The notes under the pieces were generated by a model. The model worked only from the letters and a program-made list of their open reading frames with translations, was not told the DNA's origin and did not search any database. The position numbers and the translations under genes were made by a program. Shown here piece by piece: positions 1-12,950 of a DNA stretch of 64,000 nt. Location: the NCBI GenBank assembly GCA_030390025.1, contig JASTWF010000335.1:248001-312000 (forward strand). The letters are read 5' to 3'. How positions within the stretch are numbered: the stretch's first letter is position 1; each line of letters begins with the position of its first letter. Source of the stretch: Squalus acanthias. Its lineage: Eukaryota.

Positions 1-241
1 GAAAGTAGTACTAGAGGCGGAAGTAGTACCATATTAGATAGGAGCAGACTAAGAAAGACTACAAAAAATTCAAAAATGGGTTTAGAATGCATGTACGTAA
101 ACGCACAAAGTGTGGTGAATAAGGTTGGTGAGCTACAAGCACAATTATCCGTGTGGCAATATGATGTTGTGGCAATAACGGAAACGTGGCTTCAAAACAG
201 TGGGGACTGGGCACTTAATATTCAAGGGTACAAGGTGTTCA

Positions 242-538
242 CAGAATCACCACAGTGCAGATAGAGGCCATTTCGGCCCATCGAGCCTGCACCGACACAT
301 ATCCCACCCTATCCCCGTAACCCCACGTATTTAATCCCCCTAACACTAAGGGTCAATTTATCATAGCCAAATCAACCTAACCCGCACATCTTTGGACTGT
401 GGGAGGAAACCGGAGCACCCGGAGGAAACCCACGCAGACACGGGGAGAATGTGCAAACTCCACACAGACAGTCACCCGAGGCCGGATTCGAACCCGGGTC
501 CCTGGCGCTGTGAGGCAACAGTGCTAACCACTATGCCC
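242..538 (-). mobile_element. tRNA-derived V-SINE (HE1-like) inserted in the CR1 endonuclease region
   Basis: On the minus strand: A box (GGCATAGTGG), B box (GGTTCGAATCC), V-domain-type core (gtgtctgcgtgggtttcctccgggtgctccggtttcctcccaca) and a CR1-like 3' end. GTGTTCA is duplicated at 235-241 and 539-545 (TSD). Confidence 0.88.
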
Positions 539-2475
539 GTGTTCAGAAAAGATAGGGAAGAAAAAAGGGAGGTGGGGTGGCAGTGCTGATTAAGGAAGAC
601 ATTGTAGTGTTGGAAAGGGAGGATGTTCTTGAGGGGACAAGGACAGAATCCATTTGGTTAGAGTTGAGGTATTCTATAGGCCTCCAAATAGTGAGAGGGA
701 GGTAGAGGAGCAAATCTGCAGGGAAATCGCAGAGATATGCAAGAGCAATAGAGTGGTGATATTGGGGGACTATAATTACCCAAATATCGATTGAGATAAT
801 GCTCGGGTAAAGGGAAAGAAGGGGGAGGAATTCTGAAATGTGTTCAGGAGAATTTCCTTGACCAGTTTGTTCTTGGCCCAACTCGGAAGGAGGCATTGCT
901 GGATCTGGTGCTGGAGAATGAGGTGGGCCAGGTCGACCAAGTGTCTGTGGGAGAACACTTGGGTACGAGTGATCATCGTATCATAAGATTTAGATTAGCG
1001 ATGGAGAGGAGCAAGGAACAATCTTGAGTGGAACTTCTAAACTGGAATAGGGCTAACTTCAATGGGATGCAAAAGGATCTAGCCAGGGTAAAATGGAACC
1101 AAAGACTGACTTTAAAAACTGTAACGGAACAATGGGTGACCTTTGAGGAGGAGATGTTCCAAGTACAGGCTAGGTACATTCCAACAACAGGGAAGGTTAA
1201 GGGAACCAAAGCAAGGGCTCCATGGATGACGAGGGAGATAGAGAAGATGATGAAACAAAAAAAAGAGGGTGTATGATGCAGGTCAGGTGAATTCTTCAAG
1301 GGAGAACCCGACCAAATACAGTAAGTTGAGAGGGGAAGTGAAGATGAAAATAAGATTGGCAAAGAGAGAATATGAGAGTAGAATGGCGGCTAACATAAAA
1401 GGGAACCCAAAAATCTTCTACTGGCATGTAAACAGTAAGCGGGTAGTAAGAGGCAGGGTGGGGCCGATTAGGGACAAAGAAGGTGATATATGCTTAGAGG
1501 CGCAGGGCAAGGCTAGAATACTCAATGAGTACTTTGTATCGGTGTTTACTAAGGAGGTGGATGCTGACAAAATATCGGTCGAAATGGAAAAGGTAGAAGC
1601 AATGGAAGGGGTGAAAATTGATAGACAGGATGTACTACAAAGGCTGGGTATGCTTAGAGTGGATAAGTCACCTGATCCAGATGGCTTGCATCCCAGGTTG
1701 CAAAGGGAATTGGGGGAGGAGATAGCGGAAGGGCTTGCCATAATTTTCCAATCTTCCCTAGATGCGGGGGAGGTGCCCGAGGATTGGAAAGTGGCAAATG
1801 TGACACCATTGTTCAAGAAAGGGTGTAAGGACATTCCTAGTAATTACAGTTTAACATCAGTGGTGGGTAAAGTTTTAGAGACAATAATCAAGAAAAAAAT
1901 GAACAGGACTTGGAGAGGTTTAAGGTAATTAAGGATAGTCAGCACGGATTTGTAAAAGGCAGATCGTGTTTGACTAATCTAATTGAATTTTTTGATGAAG
2001 TAACAGGGAGGATTGATGAAGGGAATGTAATGGATGTTGTCTGCATGGATTTTAATAAGGCGTTTGACAAAGTACCACATAGAAGGCTGGTTAACAAAAT
2101 TGAGGCTCATGGAATAGGTGGGTCAGTGGTAGGTTGGATAAGGAATTGGCTTAAGGACAGAAAACAGCGAGTTGTGATAAATGGCTGTTTTACAGACTGG
2201 AGGATGGTAGACAGTGGTGTTCCCCAAGAGTCAGTGCTGGGGACACTGCTTTTTTTGATATATATAAATGATCTCGATATTGGAATACAGAGTAGAATTT
2301 CTAAATTTGCCGATGACACCAAACTTGGGGGTGTGGCAAACAGTGAGGATGATACCAATCGACTGCAACAGGACATAGAAAGGCTAGCAGAATGGGCAGA
2401 CAAATGGCAGATGGAATTTAATACAGAGAAGTGTGAGGTGATGCATTTTGGCAGAAGGAACAGGGAGAGGCAATA

Positions 2476-3040
2476 TAGAAACATAGAAAATAGGTACAGG
2501 AGTAGACCATTCGGTCCTTCGAGCCTGCACCGCCATTCAATGCATTCATGGCTGAACATGCTACCTCAGTACCCCATTCCTGCTTTCTCGCCATACCCCT
2601 TGATCCCCCTAGTTGTGAGTGTTATATCTAACTCCCTTTTGAATATATTTAGCGAACTGGCCTCAACAACCTTCTGTGGAAGAGAATTCCATAGATTCAC
2701 CACTCTCTGGGTGAAGAAGTTCCTCCTCAGCTCAGTCCTAAATGGCTTCCCCTTAATCCTTAGACTGTGACCCCTGGATCTAGTTTTCCCTACCATTGGG
2801 AACATTCTGCCCGCATCTAATTTGTCTAAACCAGTCAGGATTTTAAATGTCTCTATAAGATCCCCCCTCATTCTTCTGAACTCCAGAGGATACAAGTTCA
2901 GTTGACCCAATCTTTCTTGATATGTCAGTCCGGCCATCCCAGGAATCAATCTAGTGAACCTTCGCTGCACTCCCTCAATAGCAAGAATGTCCTTCCTTAA
3001 GTTAGGAGACCAAAACTGCGCACAATACTCCAGGTGTGGA
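2476..3040 (-). mobile_element. 5'-truncated CR1 3' fragment nested antisense in the host CR1
   Basis: ORF 2566..2970(-) QRRFTRLIPGM...GIKGYG plus 3'UTR and tttctatg tail. The host frame RNRERQY resumes as LNGTVLKSVQ after about 3040. Confidence 0.88.
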
Positions 3041-3789
3041 GTACACTTAATGGCACAGTTTTAAAGAGTGTGCAGGGAAAGAGGGACCTGGGAGTTAATG
3101 TGCATCGGTCCCTGAAGGTGGCAGGACAAATTGAGAGAGTGGTTAGCAAAGCATATGGGATCTTGGGCTTCATAAATAGAGGTATTGAGTACAAAGGTAG
3201 AGAAGTTATGCTGAACCTTTATAAAGCGCTGGTTAGGCCACAACTTGAGTATTGCGTCCAGTTCTGGTCACCACACTTTAGGAAGGATATGAAGGCCCTT
3301 GAGAGGGTGCAGAGCAGATTTACCAGAATTGTTCCGGGGATGGGGGATCTTAACTCCAAGGACAGATTGGAGAAGCTGGATTTGTTTTCATTAGAGCAAA
3401 GGAGGTTGAGGGGTGATTTGATAGAGGTGTGCAAGATTATGACGGGTTTGGATAGGCTAGACGGGGAAAGGCTGTTCCCACTAGTTGATGGTACAAGGAC
3501 TAGGGGACACAGATTGAAGGTTTTGGGCAAGAGATACAGGGGGGGATGTGAGCAAAATCTTTTTTATGCAGCGAGTGGTGAGGACCTGGAACTCGCTGCC
3601 GACGGAAGTGGTGGAAGCGGAGACACGCAATGTTTTCAAGGGGAGACTGGATAGGCACTTGAGGGAAATAAGCTTGCAGGGCTACGGGGATAGAAAGAGG
3701 AATGGGGCTGACTGGATTGCTCTACAGAGAGCCGGCACGGACTCGATGGGCTGAATGGCCTCCTTTTGTGCCGTTATGACTCTATGACT

Positions 3790-5585
3790 ACTGCCCCCTC
3801 TGACTGTACAGCGCTCCCTCAGTACTGCCCCTCCGACAGTGCAGCGCTCCCTCAGTATTGCCGCTCCGACAGTGCGGCATTCCCTCAGTACGGCCCCTCC
3901 GACAGTGCAGCGCTCCCTCAGTACTGCCCCTCCGACAGTGAAGCGCTCCCTCAGTACTGCCCTCCGACAGTGCGGCGCTCCCTCAGTACTGCCCTCCGAC
4001 AGTGCAGCATTCCCTCAGTACTGCCCCTCCGACAGTGCAGCATTCCCTCAGTACTGCCCCTCCGACAGTGCAGCGCTCCCCCTCCGACAGTGCAGCGCTC
4101 CCTCAGTACTGCCCCGCCGACAGTGCGGCGCTCCCTCAGTACTGCCCCTCCGACAGTGCAGCGTTCCCTCAGTACTGGCCCTCCGACAGTGCAGCGCTCC
4201 CTCAGTACTGCCCCTCCAACAGTGTTGCGCTCCCTCAGTACTGCCCCACCGACAGTGCAGCTTTCCCTCAGTATTGCCCCTCCGACAGTGCAGTGCTCCC
4301 TCAGTACTGCCGCTCCGACAGTGCGGCATTCCCTCAGTACTGCCCCTCCAAAAGTGCAGCGCTCCCTCAGTACGGCCCCTCCGACAGTGCAGCGCTCCCT
4401 CAGTACTGCCCCTCCAACAGTGCAGCATTCCCTCAGTACTGCCCCTCCGACAGTGCAGCGCTCCCCCTCCGACAGTGCAGCGCTCCCTCAGTACTGCCCC
4501 GCCGACAGTGCGGCGCTCCCTCAGTACTGCCCCTCCGACAGTGCAGCGTTCCCTCAGTACTGGCCCTCCGACAGTGCAGCGCTCCCTCAGTACTGCCCCT
4601 CCAACAGTGTTGCGCTCCCTAAGTACTGCCCCACCGACAGTGCAGCTTTCCCTCAGTATTGCCCCTCCGACAGTGCAGTGCTCCCTCAGTACTGCCGCTC
4701 CGACAGTGCGGCATTCCCTCAGTACTGCCCCTCCAAAAGTGCAGCGCTCCCTCAGTACGGCCCCTCCGACAGTGCAGCGCTCCCTCAGTACTGCCCCTCC
4801 AACAGTGCAGCGATCCCTCAGTACTGCACCTCCGACAGTGCAGCGCTCCCTCAGTACTGCCCTCCGACAGTGCGGCGCTCCCTCAGTACTGACCCTCCGA
4901 CAGTGCAGCATTCCCTCAGTACTGCCCCTCCAACAGTGCAGCGCTCCCTCAGTACTGCCCCTCCGACAGTGCAGCGCTCCCCCTCCGACAGTGCAGCGCT
5001 CCCTCAGTACTGCCCCTCCGACAGTGCGGTGCTCCCTCAGTACTGCCCCTCCGACAGTGCGGCGCTCCCTCAGTACTGCCTCTCCGACAGTGCAGCGCTC
5101 CCTCAGTACTGCCCCTCCGACAGTGCAGCGCACCCTCAATACTGTCCCTCCGACAGTGCAGCGCTCCCTCAGTACTGCCCCTCCGACAGTGCGGCGCTCC
5201 CTCAGTACTGACCCTCCGACAGTGCGGCGCTCCCTCAGTACTGCCCCTCCGACAGTGCAGCGCTCCCTCAGTACTGCCCCTCCGACAGTGCAGCACTCCC
5301 TTAGTACTGCCCCTCCGACAGTGCGGCGCTCCCTCAGTACTGCCCCTCCGACAGTGCAGCGCTCCCTCAGTACTGCCCCTCCGACAGTGCAGCGCTCCCT
5401 CAATACTGTCCCTCCGACAGTGCAGCGCACCCTCAATACTGTCCCTCTGACAGTGCAGCGCTCCCTCAGTACTGCACTGGAGTGTCCGCCTGATTTTTGT
5501 GTTCAAGTGCCTGGAGTGGGACTATGAACCCACAACCTTCTGACTCAGAGGCGAGGGTGCTTTCCACTGAGTCACAGCTGACAAA
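3790..5585 (-). repeat. 33-bp minisatellite (about 50 units) attached to a tRNA-like SINE head
   Basis: Unit actgcccctccgacagtgcagcgctccctcagt runs 3790-5475. The minus-strand SINE head (gactcagtgg...tctgagtcagaaggttgtgggttc) lies at 5480-5585. Confidence 0.92.
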
Positions 5586-5589
5586 GATG

Positions 5590-6682
5590 CTCGGTCAGGC
5601 TGTTGGGAAAGCACACGGAAGCCTCAGGCTTTATAAACAGCAAGGATGTTATCGTTAAACCCTTTATCAATCTGCAGTTAGGCCCCAGCTGGAGTAACAC
5701 GGTGGCATAGTGGTTAGCACTGGTGCCTCACAGCGCCAGGGACCCGGGTTCGAATCTGACCTCGGGTGACTGTCTGTGTGGAGTTTGCACATTCTCCCCG
5801 TGTCTGCGTGGGTTTCCTCCGGGTGCTCCGGTTTCCTCCCACAGTCCAAAAATGTGCGGGTTAGGTTGATTTGGCTATGATAAATTGACCCTTAGTGTTA
5901 GGAGGGGATTAAATATGTGGGGTTACGGGGATAGGATAGGAAGGGATATGTTAGGGGGAATTAAATACGTGGGGTTACGGGGATAGGGTGGGATATGTGT
6001 CGGTGCAGGCTCGATGGGGATTCTGTGTGAGAAAGCAGGGACAGGGTACTGGATTTGGATGATCAGCCATGATCGTATTGAATGGTGGAGCAGGCTCGAC
6101 GGGCCAAATGGCCTACTCCTGCTCCTAGTTTCTATGTTTCTATTGTGTCCAAGCCTGGGCACCACACTTCAGGAAGGATGTCAAGGTCTTCGAGGGGGCG
6201 CAGAGGAGATTGACCAGAATGGTACCAGGGGGATGAGGGTCTTCAGTTACGTGGAGAGACTGGAGAAGCTGGGGTTGTTCTCCTTAGAGCAGAGAAGGTT
6301 AAGGGGAGATTTAATAGATGTGTTCAAAATCATGAGGAATTTTGATAGAGCAAATGTGGAGAAACTGTTCCCAGTGGTAGGAGGCTCGGTAACCAGAGGA
6401 CACAGATTTAAGATGTTTGGCAGAAGAACCAGAGGGAGAGATGAGGAGAATTTATTTTACACAGCGATTTGTTGTGATCTGGAATGCGCTGCCTGAAAGG
6501 GCGGTGGAAGCAGATTGAACAGTAACTTTCAAAATTGGATAAATACTTAAAAAGGAGAAATTTGCAGGGCTATGGGAGAAAGAGCACGGGGTGGGGGGGC
6601 GGGAGTGTGGGACTAAATGGGACAACACCTTCAAAGACAGGCACGACGGGCCGAATGGCCTCCTTCTGTGCTGTGAGATTCT
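5590..6682 (+). mobile_element. Degenerate CR1 3' fragment
   Basis: YVERLEKLGLFSLEQRRLRGDLIDVFKIM...TRGHRFK followed by a CR1 3'UTR (gggccgaatggcctcctt). Confidence 0.8.
5697..6140 (+). mobile_element. V-SINE (HE1-like) with CR1-type tail, inside a CR1 fragment
   Basis: ggtggcatagtggttagcac...gggttcgaatc head, the same V core as 242-538, and a tttctatgtttcta tail. It splits a CR1 fragment between LE and YCVQ. Confidence 0.85.
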
Positions 6683-6763
6683 ACCCAACCCACGTTAAAC
6701 CTGCCTTGCGTGAACAGTGCTGTGGAAGACGGCGATCCCTCAGAGTTCAGTAAAATCCCTTAC

Positions 6764-6848
6764 CGATCACGTCAACAGAAGCAAAGCAGAAGTTCAGGTC
6801 AGAGAGCGAGCGGGGCCTCAGTCACTGGGTGACAGCTGCAAACCATTC
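6764..6848 (-). other. Candidate non-coding (5'UTR) exon 2 of an unidentified minus-strand gene, containing a 15-codon uORF
   Basis: Unique sequence between repeats. Acceptor tttctgtgcttgtgtttcag|, donor cg|gtaagg. All three frames contain stops. The ATG at 6846 gives MVCSCHPVTEAPLAL*. Confidence 0.6.
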
Positions 6849-7023
6849 CTGAAACACAAGCACAGAAACCCGGCAAAATCAGTGGGCTGTTTTCTGTAGC
6901 TTCTCTCGGAACACGAGCAGGATTAGGCCGTACGGCCCGTCGAGCCTGCTCCGCCATTCAATGATTAATGGAGTCGAGGGGGGAATCGAGGGAATATGGG
7001 GATTGGGCGGGAAGGTGGAGTTG

Positions 7024-10000
7024 AGGTCGATGATCAGCCGTGAACCCCCTCACTCCTGTCCTGCCCCGCCCCCTCACTCCTGCCCCGCCCTCACTCCTGC
7101 CCCGCCCCCTCACTCCTGCCCCGCCCCCTCACTCCTGTCCTACCCCTCACTCCTGCCCCGCCCCCTCACTCCTGTCCTACCCCTCACTCCTGCCCCGCCC
7201 CCTCACTCATGCCCCGCCCCCTCACTCCTGCCCCGCCCCCTCACTACAGCCCCGCCCTCACTCCTGCCCCGCACTCTCACTCCTGCCCCGTCCCCTCACT
7301 CCTGCCCCGCCCTCACTCCTGCCCCGCGCCCTCACTCCTGCCCCGCCCCCTCACTCCTGCCCCGCCCCCTCACTCCTGCCCCACCCCCTCACTCCTGCCC
7401 CGCCCTCTCATTACTGCCCCGCCCCCTCACTCCCGTCCCGCCCTCACTCCTGCCCCGCCCCCGCACTCCTGCCCCGCCCCCTCACTCCTGCCCCACCCCC
7501 TCACTCCTGCCCCGCCCCATCAATCCTGCCCCGCCCCCTCACTCCTGCCCCGCCCCCTCACTCCTGCCCCGCCCCCTCACTCCTATCCTACCCCCCTCAC
7601 TACTGCCCCGCCCCCTCACTCCTGCCCCACCCCCTCACTCCTGCCTCGCCCCCTCACTCCGGCCCCGCCCCCTCACTCCGCCCCGCCCCCTCACTCCGGT
7701 CCTACCCCCCTCACTCCTGCCCCGCCCCCTCACTCCTGCCCCGCCCCCTCACTCCGGCCCCGCCCCCTCACTCCTGTCCCGCCCTCACTCCTGCCCAGCC
7801 CTCTCTCTCCTTCCCCGACCCCTCACTCCTGCCCCGCCCCCACTCCTGTCCCACCCCCTCACTCCTGCCCCGCCCTCTCACTCCTGTCCCGCCCTCTCAC
7901 TCCTGCCCCGCCCCCTCACTCCTGCCCCGCCCCTTCACTCCTGCCCCGCCCCCTCACTCCTGCCCCGCCACCTCACTCCTGCCCCGCCCCCTCACTCCTG
8001 CCCCGCCCCCTCACTCCTGCCCCGCCCTCACTCCTGTCCCACCCCCTCACTCCTGCCCCGCCCTCTCACTCCTGCCCCACCCCCTCACTCCTGCCCCGCC
8101 CCCCCCTCACTCCTGCCCCGCCCCCTCACTCCTGCCCCGCCCCCTCACTCCTGCCCCGCCCCCTCACTCCTGTCCTACCCCCATTCCTGCCCCGCCCCCT
8201 CACTCCTGTCCTACCCCCTCACTCCTGCCCTGCCCCCTCACTCCTGTCCTACCCCCTCACTCCTGCCCCGCCACCTCACTCCTGCCCCGCCCCCTCACTC
8301 CTGCCCCGCCCTCACTCCTGCCCCGCCCCCTCACTCCTGCCCCACCCTCTCACTCCTGCCCCACCCCCTCACTCCTGCCCCGCCCCCCCCTCACTCCTGC
8401 CCCGCCCCCTCACTCCTGCCCCGCCCCCTCACTCCTGCCCCGCCCCCTCACTCCTGTCCTACCCCCATTCCTGCCCCGCCCCCTCACTCCTGTCCTACCC
8501 CCTCACTCCTGCCCTGCCCCCTCACTACTGCCCCGCCCCCTCACTACTGCCCCGCCCCCTCACTCTTGCCCCGCCCTCTCACTCCTGACCCTTGCCTCCT
8601 CACTCCTGACCCACCCCTCCCCTTGCCCCGCCCCCTCACTCCTGACCCGCCCCTCCCCTTGCCCCGCCCACTCACTCCTGTCCCCCCTTGCCCCGCCCCC
8701 TCAGTCCTGCCCCCTTGCCCCGCCCCCTCACTCCTGACCCTTGCCTCCTCACTCCTGACCCGCCCCTCCCTTTGCCCCGCCCCCTCACTCTTGCCCCCAC
8801 CCTCCTGCCACGCCCCCACACTGTTGCCCCGCCCCCACTCTAGCCCCACACCCCACCAAACCCCCTCACCCTTGCCCCGCCCCTCCCTCAACCTTGCCAT
8901 GCTCCGTCCCTCCTGCCGCGCACCTCAGCTTTGTCCCGCCCCCTCCCCACCTGCCCCGTCTCTCTCGCTCCTGCCCCGCCTCACCCTCTTACCCCGCCCC
9001 TCACTCTTCCCCATCCGCAACCTCTTGCCCCACCCACTGCCATGCCCCTTGCACCTTTGTCCAGTCCCACCCTCTTGGCCAGCTCCCTCACCCTTGCCCC
9101 GCCCTCACACTCCTTCCCCGCCCCTCCAGCATGCCCCAATCCCTGCGTCACCTCTCTGTCCTGTGGCGCCCCTCACTCTTTCCCCCACCACTCCCCCTTG
9201 CTCCGCCCCCACCCGCTTTCCCACCCCCATTCCTTTCCCGCCGCGACCTCCTGCCCTGTCCTTCACCCTTGCCCCTCCCCCTTCCCACCTTACATTGCCC
9301 TTCAGTCCTGCCCCGCCCCCCACCCCTCCCTCTGGCCACACCGCCTCATCTTTGCCCCTCACCATTGTCCTCCCTCCTGCCCCACCCCTACCCCTCACCT
9401 ACCCTTCACGTCTCACTTTTGCTCCTCTCTCCTGCCCCACCACTCCCTCCCTCCCTCTCACCCTTCCCCGCTCACCCTTGCCCATCCTTTCTGCCCAGTC
9501 CCCTACCATTGCCCTTCTCGCCAGCCCCGTCCCTACCTCCTGCCCTGCCCCTTCACTCATGCCCCACCCCCTCACCATTGCACCTCCCTCCAACCCCGCC
9601 CCCTCACCTTGCCTCTCACTCCTGCCCCACCCATCACTCCTGCCCCGCCCTTTCCCATTGCCCCACCCCTCTCCCCTTGCCCCACTCCTCACGCCTGCCC
9701 CTCCCCCCACTCCTACCCCGACCTTGCCTCGCCCCCTCACTCCTGCCCCCCCTTGCGCCACCCCTCACTCCTGACCCGCTCCTCCCCTTGCCCTGCCCCC
9801 CCACTCCTGACCCGCCCCTCCCCTTCCCCCGCCCCCTCACGCCTGCCCCTCCCCCCACTCCTACCCCACCCCTTGCCCCGCCCCCTCACTCCTGCCCCCC
9901 CTTGCGCCACCCCTCACTCCTGACCCGCTCCTCCCCTTGCCCTGCCCCCTCACTCCTGACCCTTGCCTCCTCACTCCTGACCCGCCCCTCCCCTTGCCCC

Positions 10001-12705
10001 GCCGCCTCACTCCTGACCCTTGGCCCGCCCACATCTGCCCTCCTTGCCCCGCCCCCTCACTCCTGACTCGCCCTTGCGCCGCCCCCTCACTCCTGACCCT
10101 TGCCCCGCCCCCTCACTCCTGACCCGCCCCTCCCTTTGCCTCGCCCCCTCACACTTGCCCCCAGCCTCCTGCCATGCCCCCACACTCTTGCCCCGTCCCC
10201 ACTCTTGCCCCACACCCCGCCAAACCCCCTCACCCTTGCCCCGCCCCTCCCTCAACCTTGCCATGCTCCCTCCCTCCTGCCCGCACCTCAGCTTTGTCCC
10301 GCCCCCTCCCCACCTGCCCCGTCTCTCTCGCTCCTGCCCCGCCTCACCCTCTTACCCCGCCCCTCACTCTTCCCCATCCGCAACCTCTTGCCCCACCCAC
10401 TGCCATGCCCTTGCACCTTTGTCCAGTCCCACCCTCTTGGCCAGCCCCCTCACCCTTGCCCCGCCCTCACACTCCTTCCCCGCCCCTCCAGCATGCCCCA
10501 ATCCCTGCGTCACCTCTCTGTCCTGTGGCGCCCCTCACTCTTTCCCCACCACTACCCCTTGCTCCGACCCCACCCGCTTTCCCACCCCATTCCTTCCCCG
10601 CCGCGACCTCCTGCCCTGTCCTTCACCCTTGCCCCTCCCCCTTCCCACCTTACATTGCCCTTCAGTCCTGCCCTGCCCCCCACCCCTCCCTCTGGCCACA
10701 CCGCCTCATCTTTGCCCCTCACCATTGTCCTCCCTCCTGCCCCACCCCTACCCCTCACCTACCCTTCACGTCTCACTTTTGCTCCTCTCTCCTGCCCCAC
10801 CACTCCCTCCCTCTCACCCTTCCCCGCTCACCCTTGCCCATCCTTTCTGCCCAGTCCCCTACCATTGCCCTTCTCGCCAGCCCCGTCCCTCCCTCCTGCC
10901 CTGCCCCTTCACTCATGCCCCACCCCCTCACCATTGCACCTCCCTCCAACCCGCCCCCTCACCTTGCCTCTCACTCCTGCCCCGCCCCTTGCCCCACCCA
11001 TCACTCCTGCCCCGCCCTTTCCCATTGCACCGCCCCTCTCCCCTTGCCCCACTCCTCACGCCTGCCCCTCCCCCCACTCCTACCCCACCCCTTGCCCCGC
11101 CCCCTCACTCCTGCCCCCCCTTGCGCCACCCCTCACTCCTGACCCGCTCCTCCCCTTGCCCTGCCCCCCCACTCCTGACCCGCCCCTCCCCTTGCCCCGC
11201 CCACTCACTCCTGCCCCCTCACTCCTGCCCCCCTTGCCCCGCCCCCTCACTCCTGACCCTTGCCTCCTCACACCTGACCCGCCCCTCCCCTTGCCCCGCC
11301 CCCTCACTCCTGACCCGCCCCTCCCCTTGCCCCGCCCACTCACTCCTGCCCCCTCACTCCTGCCCCCCTTGCCCCGCCCCCTCACTCCTGACCCTTGCCT
11401 CCTCACTCCTGACCCGCCCCTCCCCTTGCCCCACCCCCTCACTCCTGACCCTTGCCCCGCCCACCCACTTCTGCCCCCCTTGCCCCGCCCCCTCACTCCT
11501 GACCCGCCCTTGCGCCACCCCCTCACTCCTGCCCCCTTGCTCCACAACCTCACTCCTGACCCTTGCCCCGCCCCCTCACTCCTGACCCGCCCCTCCCTTT
11601 GCCCCGCCCCCTCACACCTGACCCGCCCTTGCGCCGCCCCCTCACTCCTGCCCCCCTTGCTCCACAACCTCACTCCTGACCCGCCCCTCCCCTTGCCCCG
11701 CCCGCTCACTCCTGACCCCCATGCCCCGCCCCCTCACTCCTGACCCTTGCCCCACCCTCACTCCTGACCCGCCCCTCCCTTTGCCTCGCCCCCTCACTCC
11801 TGACCCGCCCCTCCCCTTGCCCCACCCCCTCACTCCTCCCCTCCCCCTCACTCTTGCCCCGCCCCCTCACTCCTGACCCGCCTCCTCACTCCTGACCCTT
11901 GCCCCGCCCCCTCACTTCTGACCCGCCCTTGCGCCGCCCCCTCACTCCTGCCCCCCTTGCTCCACAACCTCACTGCTGACCCTTGCCCCGCCCACTCACT
12001 TCTGCCCCCCTTGCCCCGCCCCCTCACTCCTGACCCGCCCTTGCGCCGCCCTCTCACTCCTGCCCCCCTTGCTCCACAACCTCACTCCTGACCCGCCCCT
12101 CCCCTTGCCCCGCCCCCTCACTCCTGAGCCTCCCTTGCCCCGCCCCCTCACTCCTGACCCCCTTGCCCCACCCCCTCACTCCTGAGCCTCCCTTGCCCCG
12201 CCCCCTCACTCCTGACCCCCTTGCCCCACCCCCTCACTCCTGACCCCCCTTGCCCCACCCTCTCACTCCTGCCCCCCTTGCTCCACAACCTCACTCCTGA
12301 CCCGCCCCTCCCCTTGCCCCGCCCCCTCACTCCTGAGCCTCCCTTGCCCCGCCCCCTCACTCCTGACCCCCTTGCCCCACCCCCTCACTCCTGAGCCTCC
12401 CTTGCCCCGCCCCCTCACTCCTGACCCCCTTGCCCCACCCCCTCACTCCTGAGCCTCCCTTGCCCCGCCCCCTCACTCCTGACCCCCTTGCCCCGCCCCC
12501 TCACTCCTGACCCCCTTGCCCCACCCCTCACTCCTGACCCCCTTGCCCCACCCCCTCACTCCTGACCCCCTTGCCCCTCCCCCTCACTCCTGACACGCCC
12601 CCTCACTCCTGACACTTGCCCCGCCCCCTGAATCCTGACCCTTGCCCCGCCCCCTCACTCCTGACCCTTGCCCCGCCCCCTCACTCCTGACCCTTTCCCC
12701 ACCCT
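7024..12705. repeat. C-rich satellite (about 19-bp unit ccccgccccctcactcctg and derivatives), about 5.7 kb
   Basis: Directly visible tandem units with extreme C/G strand skew. It contains an internal duplication of more than 1 kb (about 8735-9900 repeated at about 10100-11200, offset about 1.36 kb). Confidence 0.95.
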
Positions 12706-12782
12706 GAGAGTCAGTACCCGCTGATCCCCGGGCCCCCTCTTTCTCTCTCTTTCTCTCTCCCTCTCGGCCGGCCTCACCTCAC

Positions 12783-12900
12783 CTTCCCGCTTCCACCGCC
12801 GCTCGGCCCACCTCGCTTTCAAACCGGCGGCTCGCGCCTCGCGCTCCCGGCCAACCGCCCGCGAGCCTTCGGCCGCCCTGGTCCAGAGCGACGCGCCGAT
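12783..12900 (-). other. Candidate exon 1 of an unidentified minus-strand gene (start approximate)
   Basis: CpG-dense unique sequence ending in tandem donors AAG|GTGAGG (exon end 12783) and GAG|GTGAGG (exon end 12778). Confidence 0.55.
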
Positions 12901-12950
12901 GTCGTTTCTCCTTACGTCATTGGAACGCCCGCGCGGACGTCGCCCACGCC

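Larger units (their letters stand above)
70..3789 (+). mobile_element. CR1-clade LINE ORF2 (APE endonuclease + RT) remnant with 3' tail, interrupted by two nested insertions
   Basis: Fragmented ORFs with CR1 motifs: YDVVAITETWL, KSPDPDGLHPR, SQHGFVKGRSCLTNL, SGVPQ.SVLG, KFADDTKL, RPQLEYCVQFWSP. Stops and frameshifts are present. Short-repeat 3' tail (tatgactctatgac) near 3775-3789. Confidence 0.93.

Noticed and set aside
3766..5527. Long ORFs with PQYCPSDSAAL / STAPPTVQRSL repeats (also at 23, 30, 37 and 55 kb)
   Set aside because: Read-through of a 33-bp SINE-derived minisatellite that is open in several frames on both strands; no gene context.
6961..11743. Proline-rich extensin-like ORFs up to 937 aa
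   Set aside because: Artefact of a C-rich satellite that lacks stop codons; multiple overlapping frames.
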